A stretch of DNA of 58,915 nucleotides, filler included, from 6 parts of 6 records of this genome joined end to end with filler, not necessarily neighbours in it; one strand, 5' to 3'. Shown: positions 1 to 10,414, counted from the first letter of the whole stretch. Notes: generated by a model not told the origin, from the letters alone. Program-made: numbers and translations.

Positions 1-1
1 A

Positions 2-427
2 GGTATTTGTCACTCAATGGCACATAAAATTGGTGGGAAATTCCATGTACCTCATGGAAGAATTAATGCAATATTATTGCCTGAAGTTATTAGATACAAT
101 GGACAAAAACCATCAAAACTAGCGACTTGGCCAAAGTATAATTATTATCAAGCTGATGAAAAATATCAAAAGATTGCACGTATGCTTGGACTTAAAGCAT
201 CAACACCAGAAGAAGGTGTGGAATCACTTGCACAAGCGGTCTATCATCTTGGTAAAAGTGTAGGTATTGACATGTCGTTTAAAGCTCAACATGTTGATAA
301 GAAAGCATATATGGAAGCACTTGATGAACTTGCATATATGGCATATGAAGATCAATGTAGTCCAGCAAACCCTAGATTACCACTTGTTAAAGATATGAAA
401 GCAATCATGAAAAAAGTATATCAATAA
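2..427 (+). CDS. adhE: Bifunctional acetaldehyde-CoA/alcohol dehydrogenase, C-terminal part (5' truncated)
   Basis: The frame is open from base 2: GICHSMAHKIG..HVPHGRINAILLPEVIRYN...AYEDQCSPANPRLP, typical of the AdhE Fe-ADH C-terminus. Confidence 0.88.
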   Translation, partial: GICHSMAHKIGGKFHVPHGRINAILLPEVIRYNGQKPSKLATWPKYNYYQADEKYQKIARMLGLKASTPEEGVESLAQAVYHLGKSVGIDMSFKAQHVDKKAYMEALDELAYMAYEDQCSPANPRLPLVKDMKAIMKKVYQ

Positions 428-433
428 AAGCTC

Positions 434-470
434 TAGAGCAAATACTTACTTGTATTTGCTCTACTTTTAT
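434..470 (+). terminator. Intrinsic terminator after adhE
   Basis: 12-bp stem TAGAGCAAATAC/GTATTTGCTCTA followed by CTTTTAT. Confidence 0.75.
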
Positions 471-549
471 ACACTTCGATTCACAAAGTTAACCATTATT
501 ATTTACAAGACATTTATTTTAAGTATAATAAACATATAGGGGGCTTCAT

Positions 550-2007
550 ATGAAACGCAGAATTATCATTTCAATTGTCATGTTTGGATTTATATTTTTA
601 ACTTTCCCTTTTGTCATGGCATTTCTTAATTTAGAAGCTAAAGTGATTTATTTAATCTCATCGATAGTAGCACTTGTCTATGTCGGTTTTTTTATATTTG
701 GTGGCCTTCCTGAACTTATAGTAAACTTCATTTATGGCTTTATAACAGCAATAACGCTGTTTTTTACACTAGATGAATATCACTTGCCTATCATTATTAT
801 TGCAACACTTGTTATTATTCTAAATCCACTTTCTCAATTTGAAAGTTATCTTAGGTCAAAAATGACAGTAGAAAATACAGAACCTATACAGATTAGTCTA
901 AGAGGTAAGCAATGGCCATTTTTCGCTTATCGAAAAGAAATGAAAAACTATTTTCATCTGCCTCAATCAAGAAAATTCTTTACCGTTAAATCTTATAAAG
1001 CAGCAAGACAACTATCAACGCTGCTTGTTGCTGGATTTGGTATTTTCTTATTTATTAATCAGATTAATCATATTGCCAATGCATTAGATAATTTTAATTG
1101 GTCCAACTTTTTAACATTTTACGTGATTATCATTATCTTTTTACTCGCATACTTTATTCATATTAAAGGATTTACTTCAACGTTTAGAACATTTGCATTT
1201 AGTTTAATTCCACCAATCATTTATTTGGTTGCTATTACTTCATTTGATTATTGGATTAAAATTTCACTATTAATTAGTATCACTGTTGTTAGTTTAATCT
1301 TTGCAATCATTGAACTCATTAAATTTCATCAAAGAGTTGTCTATGATGAACTTCTATACTTGGATAAAGATACACATCGATATGTTCATGCGAATGCACT
1401 TTTTGAACCACTCGTCTATAATGAAACATATACTTTATGTGGTGAATACACCATTAAAGTTGATGAAAAAACTTTTGATAAACATTTTAAAGACATATTA
1501 GTCTATGCAAATTTTTATCATTTTATTATTGTTGCATACACTGTCAGTGATAGTGATGTAATCATCCACGCTCATTTCTTATACAAACAACACAAACGAT
1601 CACAAAAGTTTAGAATCTTTTTAGAGTCTATCTTTGAAAAAGAAGTACCATTTATATCATATAGTGATTATAATAAAGTGGCTTATGAGAAAAACTTTTT
1701 CCATAAAGATGCATATATTATCGCAAGAGCTAAACATTTGGCACAACTATTAAAAGCATTGCATATTCGTTCAAAGATTGTCATATCTATGATTATATAT
1801 TTTGAAAATGACATTGAGTTACAAACATTTAATACACAGTATAAAACCACGCCATTAAGCAATATTTCTGTGGATGGATATATCACAGCTAAACTGGATG
1901 TGTTATGTATGAACAATCCTTTTGTCATCGAAAAAACGTTAAAAAAGATACTACTACACATGTTTATAAACAATGGAAAATTTGTTCGTTTAAATGTTTA
2001 TTACTAA
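550..2007 (+). CDS. Hypothetical multi-pass membrane protein with a soluble C-terminal domain
   Basis: 485-aa ORF with an AGGGGG RBS and two clusters of hydrophobic helices; no family recognised. Confidence 0.8.
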   Translation: MKRRIIISIVMFGFIFLTFPFVMAFLNLEAKVIYLISSIVALVYVGFFIFGGLPELIVNFIYGFITAITLFFTLDEYHLPIIIIATLVIILNPLSQFESYLRSKMTVENTEPIQISLRGKQWPFFAYRKEMKNYFHLPQSRKFFTVKSYKAARQLSTLLVAGFGIFLFINQINHIANALDNFNWSNFLTFYVIIIIFLLAYFIHIKGFTSTFRTFAFSLIPPIIYLVAITSFDYWIKISLLISITVVSLIFAIIELIKFHQRVVYDELLYLDKDTHRYVHANALFEPLVYNETYTLCGEYTIKVDEKTFDKHFKDILVYANFYHFIIVAYTVSDSDVIIHAHFLYKQHKRSQKFRIFLESIFEKEVPFISYSDYNKVAYEKNFFHKDAYIIARAKHLAQLLKALHIRSKIVISMIIYFENDIELQTFNTQYKTTPLSNISVDGYITAKLDVLCMNNPFVIEKTLKKILLHMFINNGKFVRLNVYY

Positions 2008-2017
2008 GTAATAAACC

Positions 2018-2046
2018 TTGACAAACACAGGTGATAGTGTTAAATT
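2018..2046 (+). promoter_or_regulatory. Sigma70/SigA promoter for the structured RNA
   Basis: TTGACA (2018-2023), 17-bp spacer, extended TGn-TAAATT -10 (2041-2046). Confidence 0.7.
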
Positions 2047-2052
2047 AAAGAT

Positions 2053-2200
2053 AACCTAGGAGGCACCTGTGGAACCCAAATCATCGGATTGGGAATTGAA
2101 CAATATGGGCGTGAATGCCATTTTATGGAATCCCGAAATATTGACAAGGAAATTCCCACTTTTTACATAATCCGTTTCACAGCTTTCCTAGGGTTTTTTT
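2053..2200 (+). ncRNA. ssrS: 6S RNA-like rod-shaped ncRNA
   Basis: Nested pairings CCTAGGA/TCCTAGG, CTGTGGAAC/GTTTCACAG, GGGAATT/AATTCCC, CAATAT/ATATTG and CCAT/ATGG around a central bubble. It has its own promoter, a 3' T-tract and no ORF. Confidence 0.6.
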
Positions 2201-2221
2201 ATATTAATAGAATGAGGATTT

Positions 2222-3292
2222 ATGATGAATAACGAAATGAAATCAAGATTAAAAACATTAAGTTTATTACCAGGTACACCAGCAAGAGAAACACAAGTGA
2301 GAAATTATATTCGATCAGTGATCGAAGAGGATGCAGATGAAGTATTTACTGATAATCTGGGATCACTGATTGCAAGAAAAAAAGGTGATGGACCTAAAGT
2401 AATGATTGCAGGTCATATGGATGAAGTTGGCCTACTTGTTACACAAATTACTTCACAAGGCTTTATTAAATTTCAAACACTTGGTGGATGGTTTTCACAA
2501 GTTATGCTTGCACAAGTTTGGGATATCCATACAGCTCAAGGCATTGTAAAAGCTATCAGTGGCTCAAAGCCACCACACTTAATTCCTACAAACAAAAGAA
2601 ATGAAGCCATTAAAATAGATGATATTTACTTAGATGTAGGTGCATCTTCTAAGGAAGAAGCCTTAACATTTGGTATTAAACCAGGACAAATGATTACACC
2701 TGCTGCCACATTTTATGAAATGAAAAATCCTAAGTATTTAGTGAGTAAAGCATGGGATAATAGAATCGGAAGTGCTGTTGTTATTGAAGTATTAAAAAGA
2801 CTAAAAGATGAATCACTAGATGTTGATTTTTATGCCGCTTTCAATGTTCAAGAAGAAGTTGGGATAAGAGGTGCAAAGACATCAAGTTATATGGTTAATC
2901 CAGATGTTGCAATTGCAGTTGATACGGGTATTGGTAATGATGTACCTAATGGTGATGCTACTGAACAAACACTTGGCGCAGGCCCGCAAATCATTGTCTA
3001 TGATAAAGGGTTGTTGCCACACTTGGGACTTCGTCAATATGTTATTGATATAGCACAAAAGCATGACATACCTTTTCAACAAGCGAGTATTACAGTGGGT
3101 AGAACAGATGCAGCAATGATGCATTTATCAAAAGATGGTGCACTTGGCTTGTCATTATGTATTCCTACAAGATATATGCATTCTCATACTTCAATGATTC
3201 ATACGGATGATTTTGAGTATATGGTGGAACTCATCATTAACTTTTTAAAATCATTTAATCATGATACATACGATCAACTTATTAACAATTAA
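2222..3292 (+). CDS. M42 family metallo-aminopeptidase (glutamyl aminopeptidase/FrvX-like)
   Basis: Motifs GHMDEVG, SKAWDNR, QEEVG.RGA, AVDTG and PTRYMHS. Confidence 0.92.
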   Translation: MMNNEMKSRLKTLSLLPGTPARETQVRNYIRSVIEEDADEVFTDNLGSLIARKKGDGPKVMIAGHMDEVGLLVTQITSQGFIKFQTLGGWFSQVMLAQVWDIHTAQGIVKAISGSKPPHLIPTNKRNEAIKIDDIYLDVGASSKEEALTFGIKPGQMITPAATFYEMKNPKYLVSKAWDNRIGSAVVIEVLKRLKDESLDVDFYAAFNVQEEVGIRGAKTSSYMVNPDVAIAVDTGIGNDVPNGDATEQTLGAGPQIIVYDKGLLPHLGLRQYVIDIAQKHDIPFQQASITVGRTDAAMMHLSKDGALGLSLCIPTRYMHSHTSMIHTDDFEYMVELIINFLKSFNHDTYDQLINN

Positions 3293-3318
3293 TGCATTCA
3301 CTTGAATGCATTTTTTTT
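3291..3318 (+). terminator. Intrinsic terminator after the M42 gene
   Basis: AATGCATTC/GAATGCATT stem followed by a T-run. Confidence 0.6.
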
Positions 3319-3344
3319 AATGTTATGATAGTTATGGTGATACT

Positions 3345-3878
3345 ATGAGAATAATTTCTGGAAAATTTAAAGGTAGACGTATTGATCGCGTCGGTATAAA
3401 AACAACAAGAGAAACAGCTGATATGGTTAAAGAAGCAGTGTTTCAAATGATCCACATTGATCAAGATAGTGTAATACTTGATTTATTTGCAGGATCTGGA
3501 GCTTATGCATTTGAAGCATTGAGCCGAGGTGCAAGTCATGCTTATGTGTCAGATATCAATCGAAAAGCAGTGCGTACGATTCAATCAAATGCACAAACAC
3601 TTGATGTGACAGATAAGATTGATATATATTTAAGAGACTATAAAAAAATGCTAAAAAAAGTTGAGCATATATCATTTACACATATTTTCATTGATCCTCC
3701 ATATGCTTTTAAACATTATGAAGCACTTATTTTGAGTTTAAGTCCTTTGCTTGGAAATCATGGTCAAATAATTTTAGAAACCGAGAAAAGAACAAATCTT
3801 TCAACTGATTTTAAAGGCTTAACTGTGATCAAGGAAAAATTATATGGGATTAAACGCATCACGATATATAAAAAATAG
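3345..3878 (+). CDS. rsmD: 16S rRNA (guanine(966)-N2)-methyltransferase
   Basis: MRIISGKFKGR start, LDLFAGSG SAM-binding motif and FIDPPY. Confidence 0.93.
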   Translation: MRIISGKFKGRRIDRVGIKTTRETADMVKEAVFQMIHIDQDSVILDLFAGSGAYAFEALSRGASHAYVSDINRKAVRTIQSNAQTLDVTDKIDIYLRDYKKMLKKVEHISFTHIFIDPPYAFKHYEALILSLSPLLGNHGQIILETEKRTNLSTDFKGLTVIKEKLYGIKRITIYKK

Positions 3879-3907
3879 ATGACTTTATGAAAAGTCATCT
3901 ATTTTTT
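3871..3907. terminator. Bidirectional terminator between convergent genes
   Basis: 16-bp inverted repeat AAAAATAGATGACTTT/AAAGTCATCTATTTTT overlapping both stop codons. Confidence 0.75.
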
Positions 3908-4746
3908 GTTTGTATGTAATTTTCCATAAGTATCTTCATAGAGTTTCATATGAAGTACTTGATATTTACTCACATTTTCTAAATATGTATGATATCTAGA
4001 TTTTGATGGATAGAATCCTTTTTCACGAATGTCAAATACAGTCGATGTTGCAATCCAATAAATATAGTATTTTTCTTTTAATTTCAAACCTTGATAAACA
4101 CTTAAATCACCTATTTGATCAATAATATATGATTCATTATGATAGATATCTTTAATACCAAATGGTTTTTGCTGTTTATCCAAATTAAATATAAAACATT
4201 TTTCTTTTTCTTTACCAACATATATCATGACTTTTTCTTCTTTAAGTGATAGTTGGAAAACAATCATATATAGGCTATACATTAAAGCAATCACAATCAT
4301 GACTAAAAATATTATAAAATATAGCAATGAAATATCAAATAGTTTCAATACATAAACAATGACAAGTGCAATACCAATAGAAAGCGATGTACCTAGTAAA
4401 GCATAAGTCATTACTTTGATATAATTGGTTGGATATATCATTGGACTTAATTTTGATTGTTTCTCACCTTTAGGTCTCCTATATTTTTTAACACCAGGTG
4501 TTCGTGTTAAGTATTTAAAAGTAAGAAATGCACCAATAACTGGTAATAATTCAAATGCAAAAACATAGACCATGACTGTCACTGATGATTGATACAAGAC
4601 ATAGGGGATAAAAGTGTAGAAACCTTGTGCAAACAAGACACCTAAAATCATGTATGCAACAATCTTTTTACGGCCAAATATTGAAAACCCTACGTAAGCA
4701 AATATGGTGTAAGAGAAAAACTCAGTATAATTGATAAAAATTCCAT
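3899..4746 (-). CDS. Hypothetical membrane protein; 5' end split by a 1-bp indel
   Basis: AAGGAG RBS and ATG at 4746 (MEFLSIILS). One extra base in the run at 4716-4720 joins it to the 3899-4651 ORF via FFSYTIFAYVGFSIFGRKKIVAYMILG. Confidence 0.7.
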
Positions 4747-4826
4747 AAACATCTCCTTAAAGTCATGATTTTTCTTGTATTTTAATTGATAATCAAGTAG
4801 AATAATATTGATAGGAGTGAGAAAAT

Positions 4827-5048
4827 ATGTTAGTACCAGTTTGGGGTTTAATTCTCATCATTGTCGGATCAATATTAGTGGGTGCAATTGCAGGATTTTT
4901 CCTTGCAAGATGGTGGTTCCAAAGATATTTAAAGAAAAACCCACCAGTAAACGAAATGATGATTCGTGAAATGATGCGTCAGATGGGTAGAACACCATCA
5001 GAAAAACAAGTAAGACAAATACTTAGTTCAATGAACCAATATAAATAA
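4827..5048 (+). CDS. yneF: YneF/UPF0154 family small membrane protein
   Basis: N-terminal TM helix, then KKNPPVNEMMIREMMRQMGRTPSEKQV; lies next to plsY-parE. Confidence 0.9.
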   Translation: MLVPVWGLILIIVGSILVGAIAGFFLARWWFQRYLKKNPPVNEMMIREMMRQMGRTPSEKQVRQILSSMNQYK

Positions 5049-5052
5049 GACA

Positions 5053-5715
5053 TTATTTAATGTCTTTTTTTATTGCCATTTTGTTTTCACTGCCTTCTTT
5101 TAATCGCTTGTAATTAGAGCGATGTCTTAACACAATAACTAAACCTAATAATATGAAAATAATTAAATCAAATATTTTAGTCCCTAGATTAACATGTGAT
5201 AAAGGGATAAATATTCTTAAAGTAAAACATATAAATGCGGTTGCTACTGAAGCAGTAGAACCAAGTGATACATATTTCGTTGTTAAAAATACTGCTGCAA
5301 ATGTAATTAAAACTAAAACAGCGATTAATGGCTCTACAGCAATAATTGCACCAAGTGAGGTTGCCACTGCTTTTCCACCATTAAAATGATTGAAAATCGA
5401 AAATACATGACCAATGACAGCAAATAAAGCAAATACACTCAAGAAATTAATGCTATCATTAAAAACATAGAGTGATTCATTACCAACAATGCGAAGTATC
5501 CAAATTAAAACTGCGCCTTTTAAAGTATCAAAAACAAAAGCCCAAATACCATACTTAAACCCTAATACACGAATGGCATTTGTAGATCCTGTGCTTTTAG
5601 AACCATGTTCTCTAATATCAATATGTTTAAATGTTTGGCCAATCCATAGGCCACTTTGAATTGAACCGATTAAATAAGATAATACTAATAATAAACTTAT
5701 ATATACATATGTCAT
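5053..5715 (-). CDS. plsY: Glycerol-3-phosphate acyltransferase PlsY
   Basis: Motifs SYLIGSI, DIREHGS, GGKAVAT and RHRSN. The ATG at 5715 follows GAGGTG; the gene is divergent from parE. Confidence 0.92.
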   Translation of the reverse strand: MTYVYISLLLVLSYLIGSIQSGLWIGQTFKHIDIREHGSKSTGSTNAIRVLGFKYGIWAFVFDTLKGAVLIWILRIVGNESLYVFNDSINFLSVFALFAVIGHVFSIFNHFNGGKAVATSLGAIIAVEPLIAVLVLITFAAVFLTTKYVSLGSTASVATAFICFTLRIFIPLSHVNLGTKIFDLIIFILLGLVIVLRHRSNYKRLKEGSENKMAIKKDIK

Positions 5716-5774
5716 TTTTTTCACCTCGTATAAATTTATTATATCATGATATAGTTAATTTTTTTAAGATAAAT

Positions 5775-5818
5775 AAACATACGCATATATTGTGCTTGCG
5801 TATGTTTTTTGATATAAT
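5775..5818 (+). promoter_or_regulatory. parE promoter with an 11-bp inverted repeat around the -35
   Basis: TTGTGC (5790), 17 bp, TGn-TATAAT (5813). Inverted repeat AAACATACGCA (5775-5785) / TGCGTATGTTT (5797-5807). Confidence 0.6.
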
Positions 5819-5846
5819 TAATCCATACAAATAGGTTGGTGACAAT

Positions 5847-7808
5847 GTGAATAAAACAATTAAAAATTATGATGAAAAATCCATTCAAATACTTGAAGGA
5901 TTAGAAGCTGTAAGAAAAAGACCGGGGATGTACATCGGATCAACAGATCAAAGAGGATTACATCATCTTGTGTGGGAGATTGTTGATAATGCGATCGATG
6001 AGGCACTTGGTGGATATGCAAGTGAAATTACAGTGACAATTAAATCAGATAATAGTATAGAAGTATCAGACAATGGTCGTGGTATGCCATATAAAAAACA
6101 CGCTTCGGGGAAACCTACAACCGAAGTGATTTTTACTGTTTTACATGCAGGTGGTAAGTTTTCAGATGCGAGTGGTTATAAAGTTTCTGGTGGTTTGCAT
6201 GGTGTGGGGTCAAGTGTTGTTAATGCACTCTCACAATTTTTAGAAGTCACTGTGTTTCGTGATCAATATATTTGGTCTCAAAGATTCTCAAATGGCGGTA
6301 AAGATATTGAGCCATTGAAAAAGATTGGTGAAACCAAAAAGACAGGAACAACTGTTTGGTTTAAGCCAGATCCTAAAATGTTCTCTTCAACACTTTTTTC
6401 ATATGATCAAATCAAAGAACGCTTAAGAGAATCAGCATTTTTAATCAAAGGGTTAAAAATGGTTTTAAGTGATCAAAGACATAAGAAAAAAGAAGTATTT
6501 CAATATGATGAAGGTATCAAAGCATATATTGATTTATTAAATGAGAATAAAAAAACATTAAATGAAGTTGTTTTAATTGAAAAAACATTTCCATTAGAAC
6601 ATAACAAAAAGAAAAACATAGAAGTTGATGTTGCTTTTCAATTTAGTGGTTCATATTCAGAAAACATTATCTCATTTGTTAATAATGTAAGAACACGCGA
6701 TGGTGGTACGCATGAAACAGGTTTTAAATCTGCGATGACGCGTGCTGTTAATGATTACGCAAGAAAATACAGTGTGATTAAAGACAAAGATCCTAACTTA
6801 GATGGTTCCGATATAAGAGAAGGTTTAACCGCTGTATTATCACTTAGAATTCCTGAAGAAGTACTTGAATTTGAAGGACAAACAAAGGGAAAACTTGGGA
6901 CACCTGAAGCAAGAAACGCAACAGATAATGTGTTATATGAAAATATGACCACTTATTTAGAAGAAAATAAAAAAGTTGCATCTTCACTGATTGGTCGTGC
7001 ACAAAATGCACAAAAAGCTAGAGATGCTGCAAGAAAAGCACGTGAAGAAGCAAGAAATGGTAAACAAAGAAATAAAAAAGAAGTATCATTAAGTGGTAAA
7101 TTATCTCCTGCTCAAGGTAAAAACAAGGAAATGAATGAATTGTTTTTAGTCGAAGGGGATTCAGCTGGTGGATCTGCTAAACAAGGTAGAAATAGAAAAT
7201 TTCAAGCAATCCTACCACTTAGAGGTAAAGTAATAAATACAGAAAAAGCAAGAATTGATCAAATTTTGAGAAATGAAGAAATCTCAACAATGATTTATAC
7301 AATAGGTGCTGATTTTGGCCCAGATTTTAACTTGAAAAAATGTAATTATAAAAAAGTAATCATTATGACCGATGCGGATACAGATGGTGCACATATTCAA
7401 GTCTTACTTTTAACATTCTTCTTTAGATATATGAAACCACTTATAGAAGATGGACGTCTTTATATTGCAAAACCTCCACTTTATAAAATTACACGTAAAA
7501 AAGGTAGAAAAGATGAGTCTTTTTATGCATGGAGTGATGAAGAACTTAGAACTTATATCGATGGTAGTCCTTATACCATTCAACGTTATAAAGGTTTAGG
7601 TGAAATGAATGCTTCTCAACTTTGGGATACAACCATGGATCCTAAGTCAAGATCTCTTATTCAAGTCTCTATTGACGATTTATCAGCATCTGATAAGCGT
7701 ATTTCAACATTGATGGGTGATCATGTTGAACCACGTCGTGAATGGATTGAAGAAAATGTTGATTTTGAAATGACAGATGACTTTGACCTAGAAAGAGGTA
7801 TCGAATAA
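5847..7808 (+). CDS. parE: DNA topoisomerase IV subunit B
   Basis: Motifs EAVRKRPGMYIG, EGDSAGG, PLRGK and MTDADTDG; VEPRREWIE C-terminus; plsY-parE-parC synteny. Confidence 0.93.
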   Translation: MNKTIKNYDEKSIQILEGLEAVRKRPGMYIGSTDQRGLHHLVWEIVDNAIDEALGGYASEITVTIKSDNSIEVSDNGRGMPYKKHASGKPTTEVIFTVLHAGGKFSDASGYKVSGGLHGVGSSVVNALSQFLEVTVFRDQYIWSQRFSNGGKDIEPLKKIGETKKTGTTVWFKPDPKMFSSTLFSYDQIKERLRESAFLIKGLKMVLSDQRHKKKEVFQYDEGIKAYIDLLNENKKTLNEVVLIEKTFPLEHNKKKNIEVDVAFQFSGSYSENIISFVNNVRTRDGGTHETGFKSAMTRAVNDYARKYSVIKDKDPNLDGSDIREGLTAVLSLRIPEEVLEFEGQTKGKLGTPEARNATDNVLYENMTTYLEENKKVASSLIGRAQNAQKARDAARKAREEARNGKQRNKKEVSLSGKLSPAQGKNKEMNELFLVEGDSAGGSAKQGRNRKFQAILPLRGKVINTEKARIDQILRNEEISTMIYTIGADFGPDFNLKKCNYKKVIIMTDADTDGAHIQVLLLTFFFRYMKPLIEDGRLYIAKPPLYKITRKKGRKDESFYAWSDEELRTYIDGSPYTIQRYKGLGEMNASQLWDTTMDPKSRSLIQVSIDDLSASDKRISTLMGDHVEPRREWIEENVDFEMTDDFDLERGIE

Positions 7809-10405
7809 TGAAAATATCTAAAAAAATAGAAAAGTTCGTTGAAGAAAATATTATTCGCACCCCTTTAGAAGATATTGTTGCTGAACGTTTTGGAGCATAT
7901 TCAAAATACATTATTCAAGAACGTGCATTACCTGATGCAAGAGATGGATTAAAACCTGTCCAAAGACGTATTTTATATGCCATGCAACAACTTGGTATGT
8001 TTCATAACAAACCTTATAAAAAATCAGCAAGAATTGCTGGTGAAGTGATGGGTAAATACCATCCACATGGTGATTCAAGTATATATGATGCGATGGTGAG
8101 ATTATCGCAAGATTTCAAAATGAGACAATTGCTCATTGATATGCATGGGAATAATGGATCAATTGATGGTGATTCAGCTGCTGCGATGCGTTATACAGAA
8201 GCAAGACTATCACTGGCTGCTGAACTTATGTTACAGGATATTGATAAACGTACAGTGCCATTTATTCCAAATTTTGATGATGAAGAGTTAGAACCTACTG
8301 TTCTACCAGCAAAATTCCCCAATTTATTAGTTAATGGAGCGGCAGGTATCTCAGCAGGATATGCGACAAAAATTCCACCACACAATGCAAAAGAAGTTAT
8401 AGAAGCAACCATTGCATATCTAGATAATGAAAATGTCACTTATAAGCGACTCTTAAATATTATTAAAGGCCCTGATTTTCCTACTGGTGGTATTGTTCAA
8501 GGCATTGATGGCATTAAAGATGCCTTAACCACAGGTAGTGGTAAAGTCATTATTCGTGCAAAAGCTGAATTCGAAGAAATGTCAAAATCACAAGAACGCA
8601 TTGTGATCACTGAAATTCCTTTTGAAGTTAATAAAGCTGATTTAGTCCGTGCTATGGATCACTTAAGAATTGATAAAAAAATTGATGATATATTAGAAAT
8701 TAGAGATGAAACCGATCAACAAGGTCTTCGTATTGCGATTGATTTAAAAAAAGGTGCGAATGCACAATTAATGTTAAATCTATTGTATAAATCGACTGAC
8801 CTACAAACAACTTATCATTATAATATGGTAACCATTATGAATCATAGACCTGTGCTCGTCGGTATATTACCTATTATTAAAGCATATGTTGATCATCAAA
8901 AAGATGTTATTACCAATCGCTCGAATTATGAACTAGAAAAAGCGATGAAACGACAACATATTGTAGATGGTCTAATTAAAATGGTATCGATTGTTGATCA
9001 AATCATTAAAATTATTCGTGCATCTAGTAACAAAAAAGAATCAAGAGATAATATTATGTCAGCTTTTGGATTTACTGAACTTCAAGCTGAAGCTATTGTT
9101 ACTTTGCAATTATATCGTTTATCTAATACAGATATACTCGCATTAGAAAAAGAAAATATCGCATTAAAAGAAACAATTACATCTTTAAATGAAATTCTAC
9201 AATCTGAAGATGTCTTAAAAAAAGTCATTAAAAGTGAATTAAAAGAAGTCGTTAAAAAAATTGGTGACGAAAGACGTAGTATGATCGAAGATGAAGTAGA
9301 AACCATTAAAATTGATGAAAAAGATTTAATCTCAGATGAAATGGTTGCTATTGGTGTATCAAAAGAAGGTTACATTAAACGTGCAAGTCTTAGAAGCTAT
9401 CAAGCAACTGCGGATGCGGGATTAAAACAAGATGATGTATTGATTTATGAAAAAGAAACATCTACACTTGAAACATTGCTTATTTTTACAAATAAAGGGA
9501 ATTATGTATTTCTACCCGTTTATAAGATAGATGACCAAAAATGGAAAGATTTAGGGGTTTATATTGGCAATGTCGTCCATATTGATCCTGATGAATCCAT
9601 TGTAGATGTTATCGCTGTTAAAGATTTCAAGGATGACGCGTATTGCTTACTTGCAACACGTAGCGGTATGATGAAACAAGCAAAACTCTCAGACTTTGAA
9701 GTCTCTAGATATAATAAAACACTACGTGGCATGAGATTGTCAAAAGATGATGCATTAGTATCAGTTGATTTTGGACAAAAAGCCAATATCTTAGCACTTT
9801 CAAGAAAAGGGTATTTACTACGCATGCGTCAAGAAGATATGCCTCAATATGGCTTACAAGCTGGTGGTGTTAAAGGCATGAGTATCGCTGATTCTGATGA
9901 ATTAGTGGCAGCACGCTATATGTATGAAAGTGATGAACTTGCATGCTTGACTTCAAGAGGACATGTCATCACAGATATTGTCGCTGAAATACCACTATAC
10001 AATAGAAATAGACGTGGTATATCAGTCATTGCTGAACTTAAAACAAATCCTCATGATGGTGTAGATCTTGCAAGACTATCAAAAGCACAAATCAAAGGGC
10101 AAGTCAAAACATCAATCGTTAGTGAAACGAGTATCTTTCACACAACTGCTAATGAATTAAAAGGAAACTATAATAAGTATGGCAAGAAAATGATAGACGT
10201 CTCTAAAGTTGGTCAAGCGATGCGTCTATTCATTGATGATGCTGATGATGATCAACCCGTTGAAGTTAAACCTAAAAAACCAAAAGCATCTTCTAAAGCT
10301 GTTGAAGACATCTTAAAAGCAGTGAAAGAAGAAGCTATTAAAACTAAAGATAATCAAGAAATTAAAATATCAAGATTAGATTTATTTTCAGATGATGAAT
10401 CCTAG
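7808..10405 (+). CDS. parC: DNA topoisomerase IV subunit A
   Basis: Motifs RALPDARDGLKPVQRR, YHPHGDSS and AAMRYTE; ERFGAYSKYIIQ is ParC-type; no clear GyrA-box. Confidence 0.92.
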   Translation: MKISKKIEKFVEENIIRTPLEDIVAERFGAYSKYIIQERALPDARDGLKPVQRRILYAMQQLGMFHNKPYKKSARIAGEVMGKYHPHGDSSIYDAMVRLSQDFKMRQLLIDMHGNNGSIDGDSAAAMRYTEARLSLAAELMLQDIDKRTVPFIPNFDDEELEPTVLPAKFPNLLVNGAAGISAGYATKIPPHNAKEVIEATIAYLDNENVTYKRLLNIIKGPDFPTGGIVQGIDGIKDALTTGSGKVIIRAKAEFEEMSKSQERIVITEIPFEVNKADLVRAMDHLRIDKKIDDILEIRDETDQQGLRIAIDLKKGANAQLMLNLLYKSTDLQTTYHYNMVTIMNHRPVLVGILPIIKAYVDHQKDVITNRSNYELEKAMKRQHIVDGLIKMVSIVDQIIKIIRASSNKKESRDNIMSAFGFTELQAEAIVTLQLYRLSNTDILALEKENIALKETITSLNEILQSEDVLKKVIKSELKEVVKKIGDERRSMIEDEVETIKIDEKDLISDEMVAIGVSKEGYIKRASLRSYQATADAGLKQDDVLIYEKETSTLETLLIFTNKGNYVFLPVYKIDDQKWKDLGVYIGNVVHIDPDESIVDVIAVKDFKDDAYCLLATRSGMMKQAKLSDFEVSRYNKTLRGMRLSKDDALVSVDFGQKANILALSRKGYLLRMRQEDMPQYGLQAGGVKGMSIADSDELVAARYMYESDELACLTSRGHVITDIVAEIPLYNRNRRGISVIAELKTNPHDGVDLARLSKAQIKGQVKTSIVSETSIFHTTANELKGNYNKYGKKMIDVSKVGQAMRLFIDDADDDQPVEVKPKKPKASSKAVEDILKAVKEEAIKTKDNQEIKISRLDLFSDDES

Positions 10406-10414
10406 GAGGTTTCT

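Noticed and set aside
2053-2200. SRP RNA or riboswitch reading of the structured RNA
   Set aside because: I recognise no SRP domain IV or known aptamer motif, and whole-molecule 5'-3' pairing fits a 6S-like rod better.
5847-10405. gyrB/gyrA assignment
   Set aside because: The plsY-divergent synteny, the ParC-type N-terminus and the lack of a clear GyrA-box favour parE/parC.
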